The notes under the pieces: generated by a model
Told to the model about the DNA's origin: nothing
Databases searched by the model: none
The model's input: the letters and a program-made list of their open reading frames with translations, nothing else
DNA from: a virus
Taxonomy: Duplodnaviria > Caudoviricetes
DNA length: 42,974 nucleotides
Strand: one strand, 5' to 3'
IMG/VR virus record: IMGVR_UViG_3300033067_000747
Location: 1-42,974 of that record
Translations under genes and position numbers: made by a program
Shown here: positions 15,841-25,913 of the stretch, in pieces
How positions within the stretch are numbered: position 1 is the first letter of the stretch
Layout of the letters: every line of letters starts with the position of its first letter

Positions 15841-18800
15841 TTATTTTTTATGCCTTCTTTGTAGCGCGTCCTGCCAAGTGGCGTGGCCGTTGTTATTGGC
15901 CCAGTCGATGAAGTTGAAAGCCATATTGTTTAGCTGCTGCGGGCTGCCCATGATGATCGACGCGGCCTTTGCCGAGTCTTCTAGGAATTTCCCATCGAAC
16001 TTCTTTGGGTCGACAAAAGCGTGGTGAATGCCCGTGGCCACTGGAGTAAGAACCGCTTCCATCGCGGACTCTACAGGGGAGAGGCGCATGTTCCCGTGCT
16101 GCCCGGTCGCCTTATCGATCGCGTATCCTGCGATATCACGACCTAACCACACGTAACTAAATGGCTGCTGCATGTACCTGCCGGCGATACGCTTCTTGCG
16201 ATCGTCTCCGTCGACCTTGCCGTTTTTGGCGTTGTACATAAGCTCTCGCCAAAAGTTCTCGTTCGTGGCGTGGAGAGCCCAGAGAAAGAACGTAGCCTTA
16301 GCCGCGATGGCTACGGCTGGGAGATAGTTGCCTTCGCGGTATTCAAGCCCTGCGATCTTCCCCTCTGACCATGCTCGATTGAACATCATCGAGCTCCATG
16401 AGTAGTACATGGTTAGAATCTTTTTCGCTTCCGAGCCCTTCTGCACCCCAACTAGATCGATAGGTGATCCGCTTCCGAGCGTGCGCTTTACGGTCTCGTC
16501 GGCAATGTGAACGGATTCCTCTTCAGAATACTTGCCTAAAGATTCACGGTAGACTTCTTTCCATAAGGGTTTCGCGATCGCGGCGTCTGCATAACGCTGG
16601 AAGAAGAAAGCGAAGTGAGCTAGGCCCACGTCTTTACCCATTACTTTCGAGGCGGCGCGATCGAGGAGTGGCTTATCCTGCTGCCACCTGCGGCTAAGAT
16701 CTGAGATATCGCGGTCGAGAGTCTTCTCCCGCGCGCGCATATAGGTGGACTTCTCTTCGATGAATTCATTCGTTTCACCGCGAGAGAACGCATGGTCGCC
16801 GATAGCGCGCATCATTCGCGTTGGCCCAATCTCATGAACCACGTTGATTACGTTGCCGGTCAAGTCCATGGGAAGGTTGCTCAGCTTGAGGGCTAGGGTG
16901 GAGAGAGTGGCCTTTCCTCTGAACCATCTAAGAAGCTGCTCGCCATCCTGGAGGGAGTTCCTTTGATCGGATGCTAGGTCTTTTAACCACTGGCTCGTCA
17001 TCGTGTAGCCTTTGATTCCGACCGCGTTCTGAATCCCAGTCTTCACGTCGTGATCGCGAAGCATGCGGTTAACGTCGATCACAGCTTCTCGGTAAGAAAG
17101 GTCATGCACCACGTTCTCGAGGTGATCGAACATAACGCCAAGGGATAGACGAACCGGCCGGGTTACGCGGGTAACGCGAGCCTCGGCATGGCCCCGCTCA
17201 GTGTGCGCAGCTACCGCGCTAAATTGTTTATAGAGTTCCGATCGCTGCTCGGACATCTGGAAGGCGTCAGCCGACTTCATGAAGTCGAAGGCGATAGGGT
17301 AGTAACCGCCCTCGTAGACACCGTGCTTGGTTACAACTTTCGAAGCCTTCACCTTGTGGGGCTCGACTCCCTTTACTTTCATCTCGAGTGCTTTGATCTC
17401 GGGCCAATAGGTGTCTAGGTAATTCCAGACGTCCTGCACAAAGTCCCAGTCGCGTTTGTCTAGGATATCGAAGGCGTCGTTAACCATTCCTTCGTCGATC
17501 TTGTATCCACGAGTCACGCGGTCGCGGTTGGTTTCGTTCCCCCAGTTAAGAGCCATCGAGAGCACGTTCTCTTTGGTCAGGGCTTCTCTAAAACCTTTGA
17601 TCGCGAGGCGCTTCTCAGTCTTATAGGAAGCCAGTTCCACTTGTGTGTAGTGCTTGGCGAGGATCTCGTTTACTTCTTTAACCGCCTGCTCGTGGCGAAC
17701 TTGCTTGCGGTTCTCAGCTTCCGCCATTGGTCTATATAGGTAGCGGCGAACGGGACCGTTCGGATCTCCGCGGTCGAGGAACTTTACAAGTGAATCCATG
17801 TTCACCATGGAAGGAATCACAGCGTCAGGGAGATTGAGCAGAGCCTTAATCTTCGCCTTGAATCCGTGCTCGTCTCCTGTGCCGATCTTAAAATCGTCAG
17901 CGTGGGGAGTGCCCACCTTGCCCTCGATCGACGTGCGCAGTTCTTTGGCTGCTTGCTTGGCGTCTATCTTAATAAACTCGTTTAGGAAGCGATCGTTCTT
18001 GCGTCCCGACTCGACCACGATCTGCACGGCTTCTCTGAAATCGCGTAGCTCGCCGATCGTCATCTCGGCGCGTTCCACCTTCACGGCCTGGAGCACGGAA
18101 GGGGCGATCTGAATGGCGTGGTAATTGTCGTTCTGGCGATCAATGAAACCTGGGAGAGTTTCCGGCACCCAAGCGCTGGCGTTGTATGAAACAAAGCCCG
18201 TGGCGTTGGCGATCTCGTGGGGCTCGGCGCCGTCCGCTTCCATCTTCGCGGCGATCTTCTGATTCGTGGCCGCATCTTCTTTAGGGGCAGTCTGAAATCC
18301 GAATCGATCGAGAAGCCCGTCGAGCTGCCGCACGAATCCATAGGGCATATCAAGCAGAGAGCCGCGGCGGTTCGTGAACTGCTCCACGTATTTCTCGTGC
18401 TTCGATACTTCTTCGTTGATCTTGAAGGATTCCCGCACGAGAGCGTGCGCGACCATTTGCTCCTTCTTAGCCTGGGAGGATTTCTCGTAATCCTTCTTAG
18501 CTAGGAACTTGGAAGCCCTCGCTGCGGCGTTACGCTCTTGGGTAATATAGAGCGTGGTCTTCGCGGCCTCGTCTGCTGGCTTGGCCTCGAGTATCCGCTT
18601 AGCTTCAGCGCTGGCTGCCTGTGCTTCGGCCTTGGCTAGGACTCGGTTACGTTTCCTTACCTCGTCCGAGATCACAGCCTTGTTCGCGAGCTCCGTCAGG
18701 GCTTCCCTCTCGAGAGAGAGGAGTTCCGTCATCTGCTCGGAGTGAATGGCACGGATCGCGTCTTCTCTTAGTTGGGCGGCGTCTTTGATTAGACCCGCTT

Positions 18801-21800
18801 GCTTTAGGCCTTCGTTGACCATTGCCTTTACTTTGGTTTCGAAAGCGTTGGAAAGCCCGGCGTTCGAGATCTCAAGCGCCATTTGCTCGGCGGTTAGGAA
18901 TCCATGCTCATCGGCCAAGAGTTCAAACTGCGTTGACTGCTCTGGGGTGAGTTCGCCGGCAAGGGCCTTCTCGGCTAGATCGTATGGGTTAACTTTTTTA
19001 CCAGTTTCCCGCAATCCTTCGATGGCTGCGAAGACTGGCTCGGCTTTAACCTGGGCTTCAGCAGCTTCCCGGAACTTCGCCGTTTCTTCCGCGAGCTTCT
19101 TCTTATAGTCCGCTTTGGTTTTCTCAAGTCGATCCTTTAGGAGAATGCTCTCCGCGTGGTCTCTTGCTTCTTCTTGTAGCTTCTTAATTCGCTCTGAATC
19201 CGCTGGGTCTAGGAGATCGTGCGGGAATTCGTCAGCCATATTGAGAGAGCGCTTGGCCTCATCTATCTGACGCTCGGTCGCGAACATGGAGTCAAAAGCT
19301 TGTTTTAATTCCGGAGAGACTTGAACGTCATCGAATTGAATCTTCTTCCAGAGATCGGACAGCCACTTCTTGAATTGCTTGAACGCGGAACGGAGTTCAA
19401 CGCTTGGCGCTTCGCCGGTTTGGTAATACTTCTCGAGTGCTCTAGCTAGCTTCTCGTGGTGATCAACCTTGATCTCGGAACGGTCCGTTACGCCTAACCA
19501 TTTAAGGATGGTCGCGTAACTCTTTTGAACTTCTTTGGACCCCTTCCCCTCGCCCTCAACCATGTGGCCCATTGCTTCGAATAGGAAGTGGTTGATCTCG
19601 TGAAGGCTCGTGGAAATGTCCCGACCCTTGAATAGGTCGAGATTGAAGTCTTTGCCTTTAAAGGAAAGTTGGCCGCGTGGGTTGGATTCATCTCCTTGCG
19701 ATAGGATATTTGGAGAGTCGGCCATCTTAGGGTCGAACTTCGCTTGTACCGAGCGGATCTGGCTAGGTTCGAAGACTGCAGCGACATCGATTAGTTCTGG
19801 CTCGGCGGCCATAGAACCAATAAAGGCGGGGTCAAAAGTATTCTTAAAAATTACGCTGTCGTATCCGTGAGACTGGGCGCGTTCGATAATTTCGCGGTAA
19901 GTAACCTCGCGATATCCTGCTCCTTTGAAGTCAACGATCAGCGGGTTCTGGGTCTTTAGTACGGTCTTGTAAACGGTCTGCCCTTCAGTGCCTTGAAGGT
20001 TCTTCAAGTGATCGGCCTTCATCTCGGCAACGACGTTTTTAGCCTCTACTAATTGTTCTTTCAGATTTTCGCGTGAGTTTTCGCTAATACGCTGTTCAAT
20101 CTTTTCGATCTTATCGCGGACTCTCTCTTCGGAGTCGTAGTGATTAAATTTAGAAGATTCGAATGCGGAGCCATGAATATTGGGTATCTTTTCGCCAGTA
20201 TCCTTCTTAACTACTTCGTATCCGCGATCGGTTTTCACAAACTCGGTGTTATCCAGGAGGGTCTTCAACTTATCGGCGTACGCCTGATTCTCTTTGTTCT
20301 TCTTCTCGAAGTCCTTCCTCTTGAGCGTTCCCTCTAAAAATTTTACGTTATTCTCGGCCTGCTGAATTTCATACTCGCGAAACTTGATCTTATGTTCCTG
20401 CGCTTGCTGCGATCTTTCGAAGTCTTCCTTAGACTGTGCGAACTGCTTTTCGATAGAAGCCCTCTCGGCCTTTTCCTTTGCATCTAACTTGGATACCCAC
20501 TTCGATCCGTGCTTCTCGCGCATGCGGGCGGTGAAATTTTCTTTGGCTCTTGTGGCTTCTGCTTCGGTCCTTGATGAGCGGAGACTTAGCGCGTCGTTTG
20601 ATGCTCGAGCGTAATCACTGGCAGTCTCGGGCGATGAAGCAAAGAAGTGTGCCAACCTGGCCGAGCCCGCGCCAGTAGATCCACCTAATGTGTCTCCGGA
20701 AAAACTTTCGATGTCAGCTCTTGTCCCGTGGAACCAAGCATGCTCAGTGTCGAAGCCTAGCTTAACAGCGCGCTTCCTTTGAGCCCCTTCGACTGGATAT
20801 GATGCGTCGTACGAGTGCTCTACCTCTCTCTCGTAGGCGCCATCGCTGATCTCTAGGCCCAGGTCTTTGCCTAGTGACTTCTCTAGTTCTGCCTTTAACG
20901 CCTTTGCTGTAGCTGAAATCTGTTTAGTTGCAGCACCTTGGAAGTAGCTTTTGGTCTCCCTGGCTGTATTGATCTCAGCCTTGAGTTTTGCTATACTGTC
21001 GGGAAGGGGCTCCTTATACCGGGTCTGCCCGGTACCTTCGGGTACCTCGCTTCCCAATGGCGGTGGAGCCCCTTCTTTTTCCACCACAAGCGAATGGTAA
21101 AGTTTCTTCCCCATCTGGGTTTCGTTCACTACCAAGCGAGCTATAGCCAGCTTTCCGTTGGCCTCAAATGGAACATAGAAGTGATGCGTCCACGGAATAT
21201 TGCGGTCGGCTTTACCTTCCTTGTTTACATACTTTTCTTTGTAGAAATAGACTGCGTTCTTAACCAACTCGTCCAAGTGATCGATAGCCTTTGATCCGGC
21301 ATCGTTCTTTACGTGCGCTCCCGCGTGATTGTCTGCCTTGGATGGGATATCGATATTCCATCCTGTCTGTGAGTTCGTCGCCGACCCAGGGCGAGGTCCC
21401 ACGCTCTCTATCTTATCGAGGTTTGAAACGGTAACCTTCCCGGAATCTTCCATGGGAAAGTCAGTTTGCTCGGGAAGATTCCGAACCTCTCTTCGAGCCG
21501 GCCCTTGGTCCATACTTCCTGCGTTGAAAGACTTATCAACGCCAGCAGCCCTATGAATTTCATCACGCGAATAATTTGTCTCAACTGCTTTACCCTTTCT
21601 TCGTCCCTTCCAAGAAAGCTTGCGAACCTCTAAAGGCTGCAATCCAAAGGCTTCTGCAACGGCATCTGCGGAAACGTCTGGGATATTCTCCAAAGCTTTC
21701 CGCGCAAGAGCGAGGCGATCCTTCTTGGCTCCCTGAGATACCTCGCGAAGCAATGCCTGACCTTCCTGGGTATCGGAGGTCATTCGCATTTCTTGGGCTT

Positions 21801-23718
21801 GGGCCAAGTCGTGGGCGTCCCGTGCTGCCACGTTATCGAAGGCGCGCACATTGATATTGAACTCGCTTGCCACTTGTTCCGGAGTTACGTGTTGCTCGGG
21901 CGGCAGATCTTTGTTTCGGTTCTCTGCTTCTGTCGCGAAGAACGACTCGAACACCTTGGCTTTTAGTGTGGCGGCCTCTTTCGTTTCGCCAGCTTGGATT
22001 AGTTTTTGCTTAAATTCTTCATGAACCGCAGCGGCGGATTCTTTGACGGCGGTGGCTTCTGGAGACGGATTACCAGTGGCCTCTGTCTCCATCTTCTTAA
22101 CTCGCTCCGCCCAATCCTTTTGAACCTCCACCGATTGCCTCGAAGTCAAGGCTTCCGGGGAGAACTTCACGTCTTCAGCAAGTCCCGCGTAGTGCTCGGT
22201 ATGCACTACCTTCTCGACCCAAGTAGAGAGCGGAATCTTTAAGTCTCCGCCGGTTAAGCGGGCTTCTTCTAATTGCTTCCCGATTCCGAGCTCCTGAGCC
22301 ACGCCCTCGATCGGGAGCCCCTTACCCTGGAAGTAAGAGGTCGCGGCCTCGAGAGGGATATAGATATTCTCGACTGGCCCGTCTTTGGTTAGGCTTTGAA
22401 CGAGATCGCGGTGCGCTTCCGGCAATCTCTTCAGGAGCTTCGAATCTTTAGCCGTCTCTCCGAGTGCCTGGTAAAACGCCTTCGTTCTCTCGGCTTGCGA
22501 GAGTTCTGCGGGAGTGTGTGCGGTGGCGATGGCTCCCATTCCGTGCATAGCGCTAATGAGGAAAAGGTTATCGATGTAACCCTCGATGCTCGGAGTCTCT
22601 CCCTCCACGGCCTTGCCTGCGACTTCCAAGGATCCGGCTTCGGTCGCGATCTTTGCGCCAGCGGTGGCAGTAGCGCCAAGCTTTGCGGATTGCGCCAGCC
22701 ATCCGGTCGCCCCGCCCGTGGCCTGAACAGCGAGACCTACTGCGGTCTGCTTCCCGAACTCCTTTAGGATCAGCTTGCTCCGCTCGAGAAGGTCGGCCGT
22801 GTCTTTGATGTCGCCTTTATGAAGGTGCTCGATGATTCCCTTTTTGAGTGCAGCGGGTGCGCCGAATCCCCCGGCTGCCGAGCCTACGAAAGCGCCAGCA
22901 GGTCCGGCCACAGCCGTGCCGCCAACTCCGCCCGCCAAACCGCCAGCGATCATGAATGGAATATCCCCGGCCAAGGTGGCGGCTCCTGAAACAAACTTCT
23001 GAAGACGGGTAGCGTCGGGTCCGAGAACTGTTTCCGGCGCCTTCTGCCGATACATAAGACCGTAGAGAGAATTCTGATATCCCGCGCGGAAAGATGAGTG
23101 AAGATCGTCCGCAATCACCGCCTGGTTAACTAGGTTCGCGTGCTCTTTTAGGTTGTCGAGATCGTCGTGAGCGACGGAGGAGTTCTTCGGCTCCTCCAAC
23201 CACTTAGCCAGCTCCGGAGTATTATCAATAAGAGAATCGTAATCATTGTGCTCGACCGCTTTCTTTCGCGAGATCGTTTCAAAATTACGCGCGACAATCT
23301 CTTCCGGAATATTCGTATCGTTTGAAAGCTGGCGAACCTTTGCCGCTTGATCGGGCGCCGTTGCGGTTCCGGCGAACATCGAAGCCTGAAGCTGTGACTT
23401 CTGGGTCTTCCTATCTTCAGCGATCATCCGGTCGTAAGGGTTTCCGTCTACGCCATCGATGATCTTGTCGTAGTCGTTATAATCGGGATGAGGCGGAACG
23501 GCGGAAGGCGCGGCGGGGGTAGGCTCGGGAATGTAATCCGGAAGGTCTCCAGATAATGGGGCGGAATCTTTGCCCGAACCTGGGGCGATGTTCCCGGTCG
23601 CATTAGAAGATGCCTGGCCCTGAGGCATGGGGTATTTGTCGATCTCAGATAAATACTTCGATACCCCAAGCTTCTTAGCCGACTCCGCTCTTGCGTTAGT
23701 TTCTGGAACGGTAGGCAT
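15841..23718 (-). CDS. Giant internal virion / ejection polyvalent protein (LPD3-like, ADP-ribosyltransferase-like and HExxH domains)
   Basis: 2625 aa following the internal virion genes. Gly-zipper hydrophobic segment, NSQTGWNI domain, WFHGT...FFAS...NPL...GYDSVI...VFEPSQI, LHEINH. Confidence 0.85.
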   Translation of the reverse strand: MPTVPETNARAESAKKLGVSKYLSEIDKYPMPQGQASSNATGNIAPGSGKDSAPLSGDLPDYIPEPTPAAPSAVPPHPDYNDYDKIIDGVDGNPYDRMIAEDRKTQKSQLQASMFAGTATAPDQAAKVRQLSNDTNIPEEIVARNFETISRKKAVEHNDYDSLIDNTPELAKWLEEPKNSSVAHDDLDNLKEHANLVNQAVIADDLHSSFRAGYQNSLYGLMYRQKAPETVLGPDATRLQKFVSGAATLAGDIPFMIAGGLAGGVGGTAVAGPAGAFVGSAAGGFGAPAALKKGIIEHLHKGDIKDTADLLERSKLILKEFGKQTAVGLAVQATGGATGWLAQSAKLGATATAGAKIATEAGSLEVAGKAVEGETPSIEGYIDNLFLISAMHGMGAIATAHTPAELSQAERTKAFYQALGETAKDSKLLKRLPEAHRDLVQSLTKDGPVENIYIPLEAATSYFQGKGLPIEGVAQELGIGKQLEEARLTGGDLKIPLSTWVEKVVHTEHYAGLAEDVKFSPEALTSRQSVEVQKDWAERVKKMETEATGNPSPEATAVKESAAAVHEEFKQKLIQAGETKEAATLKAKVFESFFATEAENRNKDLPPEQHVTPEQVASEFNINVRAFDNVAARDAHDLAQAQEMRMTSDTQEGQALLREVSQGAKKDRLALARKALENIPDVSADAVAEAFGLQPLEVRKLSWKGRRKGKAVETNYSRDEIHRAAGVDKSFNAGSMDQGPARREVRNLPEQTDFPMEDSGKVTVSNLDKIESVGPRPGSATNSQTGWNIDIPSKADNHAGAHVKNDAGSKAIDHLDELVKNAVYFYKEKYVNKEGKADRNIPWTHHFYVPFEANGKLAIARLVVNETQMGKKLYHSLVVEKEGAPPPLGSEVPEGTGQTRYKEPLPDSIAKLKAEINTARETKSYFQGAATKQISATAKALKAELEKSLGKDLGLEISDGAYEREVEHSYDASYPVEGAQRKRAVKLGFDTEHAWFHGTRADIESFSGDTLGGSTGAGSARLAHFFASSPETASDYARASNDALSLRSSRTEAEATRAKENFTARMREKHGSKWVSKLDAKEKAERASIEKQFAQSKEDFERSQQAQEHKIKFREYEIQQAENNVKFLEGTLKRKDFEKKNKENQAYADKLKTLLDNTEFVKTDRGYEVVKKDTGEKIPNIHGSAFESSKFNHYDSEERVRDKIEKIEQRISENSRENLKEQLVEAKNVVAEMKADHLKNLQGTEGQTVYKTVLKTQNPLIVDFKGAGYREVTYREIIERAQSHGYDSVIFKNTFDPAFIGSMAAEPELIDVAAVFEPSQIRSVQAKFDPKMADSPNILSQGDESNPRGQLSFKGKDFNLDLFKGRDISTSLHEINHFLFEAMGHMVEGEGKGSKEVQKSYATILKWLGVTDRSEIKVDHHEKLARALEKYYQTGEAPSVELRSAFKQFKKWLSDLWKKIQFDDVQVSPELKQAFDSMFATERQIDEAKRSLNMADEFPHDLLDPADSERIKKLQEEARDHAESILLKDRLEKTKADYKKKLAEETAKFREAAEAQVKAEPVFAAIEGLRETGKKVNPYDLAEKALAGELTPEQSTQFELLADEHGFLTAEQMALEISNAGLSNAFETKVKAMVNEGLKQAGLIKDAAQLREDAIRAIHSEQMTELLSLEREALTELANKAVISDEVRKRNRVLAKAEAQAASAEAKRILEAKPADEAAKTTLYITQERNAAARASKFLAKKDYEKSSQAKKEQMVAHALVRESFKINEEVSKHEKYVEQFTNRRGSLLDMPYGFVRQLDGLLDRFGFQTAPKEDAATNQKIAAKMEADGAEPHEIANATGFVSYNASAWVPETLPGFIDRQNDNYHAIQIAPSVLQAVKVERAEMTIGELRDFREAVQIVVESGRKNDRFLNEFIKIDAKQAAKELRTSIEGKVGTPHADDFKIGTGDEHGFKAKIKALLNLPDAVIPSMVNMDSLVKFLDRGDPNGPVRRYLYRPMAEAENRKQVRHEQAVKEVNEILAKHYTQVELASYKTEKRLAIKGFREALTKENVLSMALNWGNETNRDRVTRGYKIDEGMVNDAFDILDKRDWDFVQDVWNYLDTYWPEIKALEMKVKGVEPHKVKASKVVTKHGVYEGGYYPIAFDFMKSADAFQMSEQRSELYKQFSAVAAHTERGHAEARVTRVTRPVRLSLGVMFDHLENVVHDLSYREAVIDVNRMLRDHDVKTGIQNAVGIKGYTMTSQWLKDLASDQRNSLQDGEQLLRWFRGKATLSTLALKLSNLPMDLTGNVINVVHEIGPTRMMRAIGDHAFSRGETNEFIEEKSTYMRAREKTLDRDISDLSRRWQQDKPLLDRAASKVMGKDVGLAHFAFFFQRYADAAIAKPLWKEVYRESLGKYSEEESVHIADETVKRTLGSGSPIDLVGVQKGSEAKKILTMYYSWSSMMFNRAWSEGKIAGLEYREGNYLPAVAIAAKATFFLWALHATNENFWRELMYNAKNGKVDGDDRKKRIAGRYMQQPFSYVWLGRDIAGYAIDKATGQHGNMRLSPVESAMEAVLTPVATGIHHAFVDPKKFDGKFLEDSAKAASIIMGSPQQLNNMAFNFIDWANNNGHATWQDALQRRHKK

Positions 23719-25397
23719 TAAGGAGCACCTGCTTTTCTGGAATAGAGTTCTAAGATTTTATCGTCAGTTACTGGGATGCCGCGGCGCTGAAGGGTCTGCT
23801 CGATGAGAGCCTTCTCTTGCGCGGGAATGTCGCCTAGTCGGAACTGTAATTTCTCGCCTGGGTTGAGTTCGAACTTCCGCTTCTTCGTGTCCCAGAGCCA
23901 GCCCTTGCTGGTGACGCCTTCCACGATTAATGAGTCGGTGATCTTTTGGAGCTCAACGCTATTGATCTTCTTGCCGCTGGCCTGCTGAACCGCGATAACT
24001 TTCTCGTCTACCTGGCGGCGAAAGGAATTAATCTGTGTGGCTTCCGTCTCGTCCTTCGAGTTCGGATCTACGCCAGCCTGCTTGAGAGCGTTGTTCACGA
24101 TCTCGGCGTCGGTACGCACGCCGTCAAGAAGCTTCGCGGTTTTGTCGTCCCCTTTACGGAGACCTTCCTGCGCGTTTACGAGCTCCTTAAATTCAGCGTC
24201 GGCCAAGTTCGAGCGATACTTCATTAGGTTAATGCGCTGATATTCCGAGCGCATCTCTGGGGACGACGCCATGGTCTTGAGATTGTAATACTGATTCCAG
24301 TCGGTAACGGGCTGCGTGCCTTCGCGCTTGTGCTTGGCGTAGGCTTCTAATGAAGACTTGTCAGAAACCGAGAACGTATTCCAAACGGATCTAGGAATAT
24401 TATCCGTGTTGCCCGTTTGATCGATGATGTTCCCGGCAGACTTAGAGTTCTGCTCCTCTTGATTCTTAATCGCCAGCTGCTTCATGGCGAAGCGGTCCTT
24501 AACCCGGCGCTCGGTCTCATCCCTTAGTTTCGGGTCTTGAATGGCGAGCGCCTTCGTAAGCGCGTCTTCCATAGTTCTGGATGAATTGAAGATCTGGTCC
24601 GACGTGCGCTGCGATTCTCCGGCCAACGTTCCGGCTTTAAGATTCTTCTCAACCGTATCCACGTCTGGTCCAGTTAACTGGTCTTTCACCTTTTCGAAAT
24701 ATTGCTTGGCTTGAATGTCGGAGCCGTTGTCGAGCATCCGGTCGATCACCGCGAAATGCGTCTTACTCCGGATGTCCTTCATCTCCACCTCGACAAGGGC
24801 TGCGGGCTTGCCTGTCGCGGTCTGGTGATAGATAGATTCCTGAAGCCTGATCTTATCGTCTACGGCGCCGGGATTGTTGTAGTTAAGAATCGCATCATTC
24901 CGCGCGGCCATAATTCCAGACTTAACGGTTTCGTCCTGATACTTATCGGACTCCTGCGAAACATGGTGGAGAATCTGCCCGTCGAATTCGAGCTTCTCCT
25001 TCATGCGAATCTTCTTGGCCATCGCGATCTGCGTGCCGCTGAGACTCTTCTCTAGTTCATCGGCGTAGTCGTCGAATTGTTTTCCGTAAGTCTCTGGCGC
25101 AGTAAATGAATTAGAACCCTTCTGGGTCATTACGCCGCTCTTAGGATCCCAAAACAGCTGCTGCTTCTTTTGCGCTAGCTTGGCGTAATACTCCGTAGTC
25201 GCTGAATCGTCGGCTTTCTTCTTCTCTTCTTCGTAGACCTTCGATGCCTCGAGGCCCACATTGCCGATCGATTTAAAGACTTCCGCGTTCCCAGCCCCGC
25301 CACCGAAGGACTCGAGAGGGGCGTCATTGTTGACGCGAACGCCGGGGATTCCCGCCTGCTGTACTCTTGGCCCTTGGGTTACTGGGACTTGCGCCAT
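23718..25397 (-). CDS. Internal virion (ejection) protein
   Basis: 559-aa helical protein in the conserved position before the giant gene. Confidence 0.7.
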   Translation of the reverse strand: MAQVPVTQGPRVQQAGIPGVRVNNDAPLESFGGGAGNAEVFKSIGNVGLEASKVYEEEKKKADDSATTEYYAKLAQKKQQLFWDPKSGVMTQKGSNSFTAPETYGKQFDDYADELEKSLSGTQIAMAKKIRMKEKLEFDGQILHHVSQESDKYQDETVKSGIMAARNDAILNYNNPGAVDDKIRLQESIYHQTATGKPAALVEVEMKDIRSKTHFAVIDRMLDNGSDIQAKQYFEKVKDQLTGPDVDTVEKNLKAGTLAGESQRTSDQIFNSSRTMEDALTKALAIQDPKLRDETERRVKDRFAMKQLAIKNQEEQNSKSAGNIIDQTGNTDNIPRSVWNTFSVSDKSSLEAYAKHKREGTQPVTDWNQYYNLKTMASSPEMRSEYQRINLMKYRSNLADAEFKELVNAQEGLRKGDDKTAKLLDGVRTDAEIVNNALKQAGVDPNSKDETEATQINSFRRQVDEKVIAVQQASGKKINSVELQKITDSLIVEGVTSKGWLWDTKKRKFELNPGEKLQFRLGDIPAQEKALIEQTLQRRGIPVTDDKILELYSRKAGAP

Positions 25398-25912
25398 TAC
25401 TTCGTCCCCTTTGGAGTCTGATTATCTTTATATTTCCCATAGGCCTGAGTGCCGTATGAGAGGGCGTTCATGCCGCCGGTTGCGATCGAGTTCGCGGCCG
25501 CTCCCTTTGTCGCAGCGTAGTTGAATCCCGCCTGTGCCGTGGCCGTATTGGCCTGAGTCTTGATTCCCCAGGCCTCTCGCCACGCATTGCTCTTAATCGT
25601 TCGAGCGTCTGCCATGGCAGACGCCTTCGTGTCGTTCTGCGCATCGAGAGAGGATCCGTAGTTTACATCGACTCCGGAGGCGGCGAGGGCTGCTCGCTGT
25701 TCCCCGACCATTCGGTCCCCAGCTTTGATCGCCTTCGTTGCGTCCACGTCGCCGCGAGCGATTACGTCACCGGCCTGCATGTCGGCAAGCTGAGCGTTGA
25801 TCTCTCCCTGCTGGCGTTGGTATTCGGCTTGGGATTTTAGGGCACTGGCGTTCGTTAGTCCTGAGACTAGACTCGAACCTCCCATCATTGCGAGACCTGC
25901 GCTTGCGCCCAC
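25397..25912 (-). CDS. Internal virion protein (T7 gp14-like position)
   Basis: Ala/Gly-rich, GEQRAALAASGVDVNYGS motif. Confidence 0.75.
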   Translation of the reverse strand: MGASAGLAMMGGSSLVSGLTNASALKSQAEYQRQQGEINAQLADMQAGDVIARGDVDATKAIKAGDRMVGEQRAALAASGVDVNYGSSLDAQNDTKASAMADARTIKSNAWREAWGIKTQANTATAQAGFNYAATKGAAANSIATGGMNALSYGTQAYGKYKDNQTPKGTK

Positions 25913-25913
25913 G

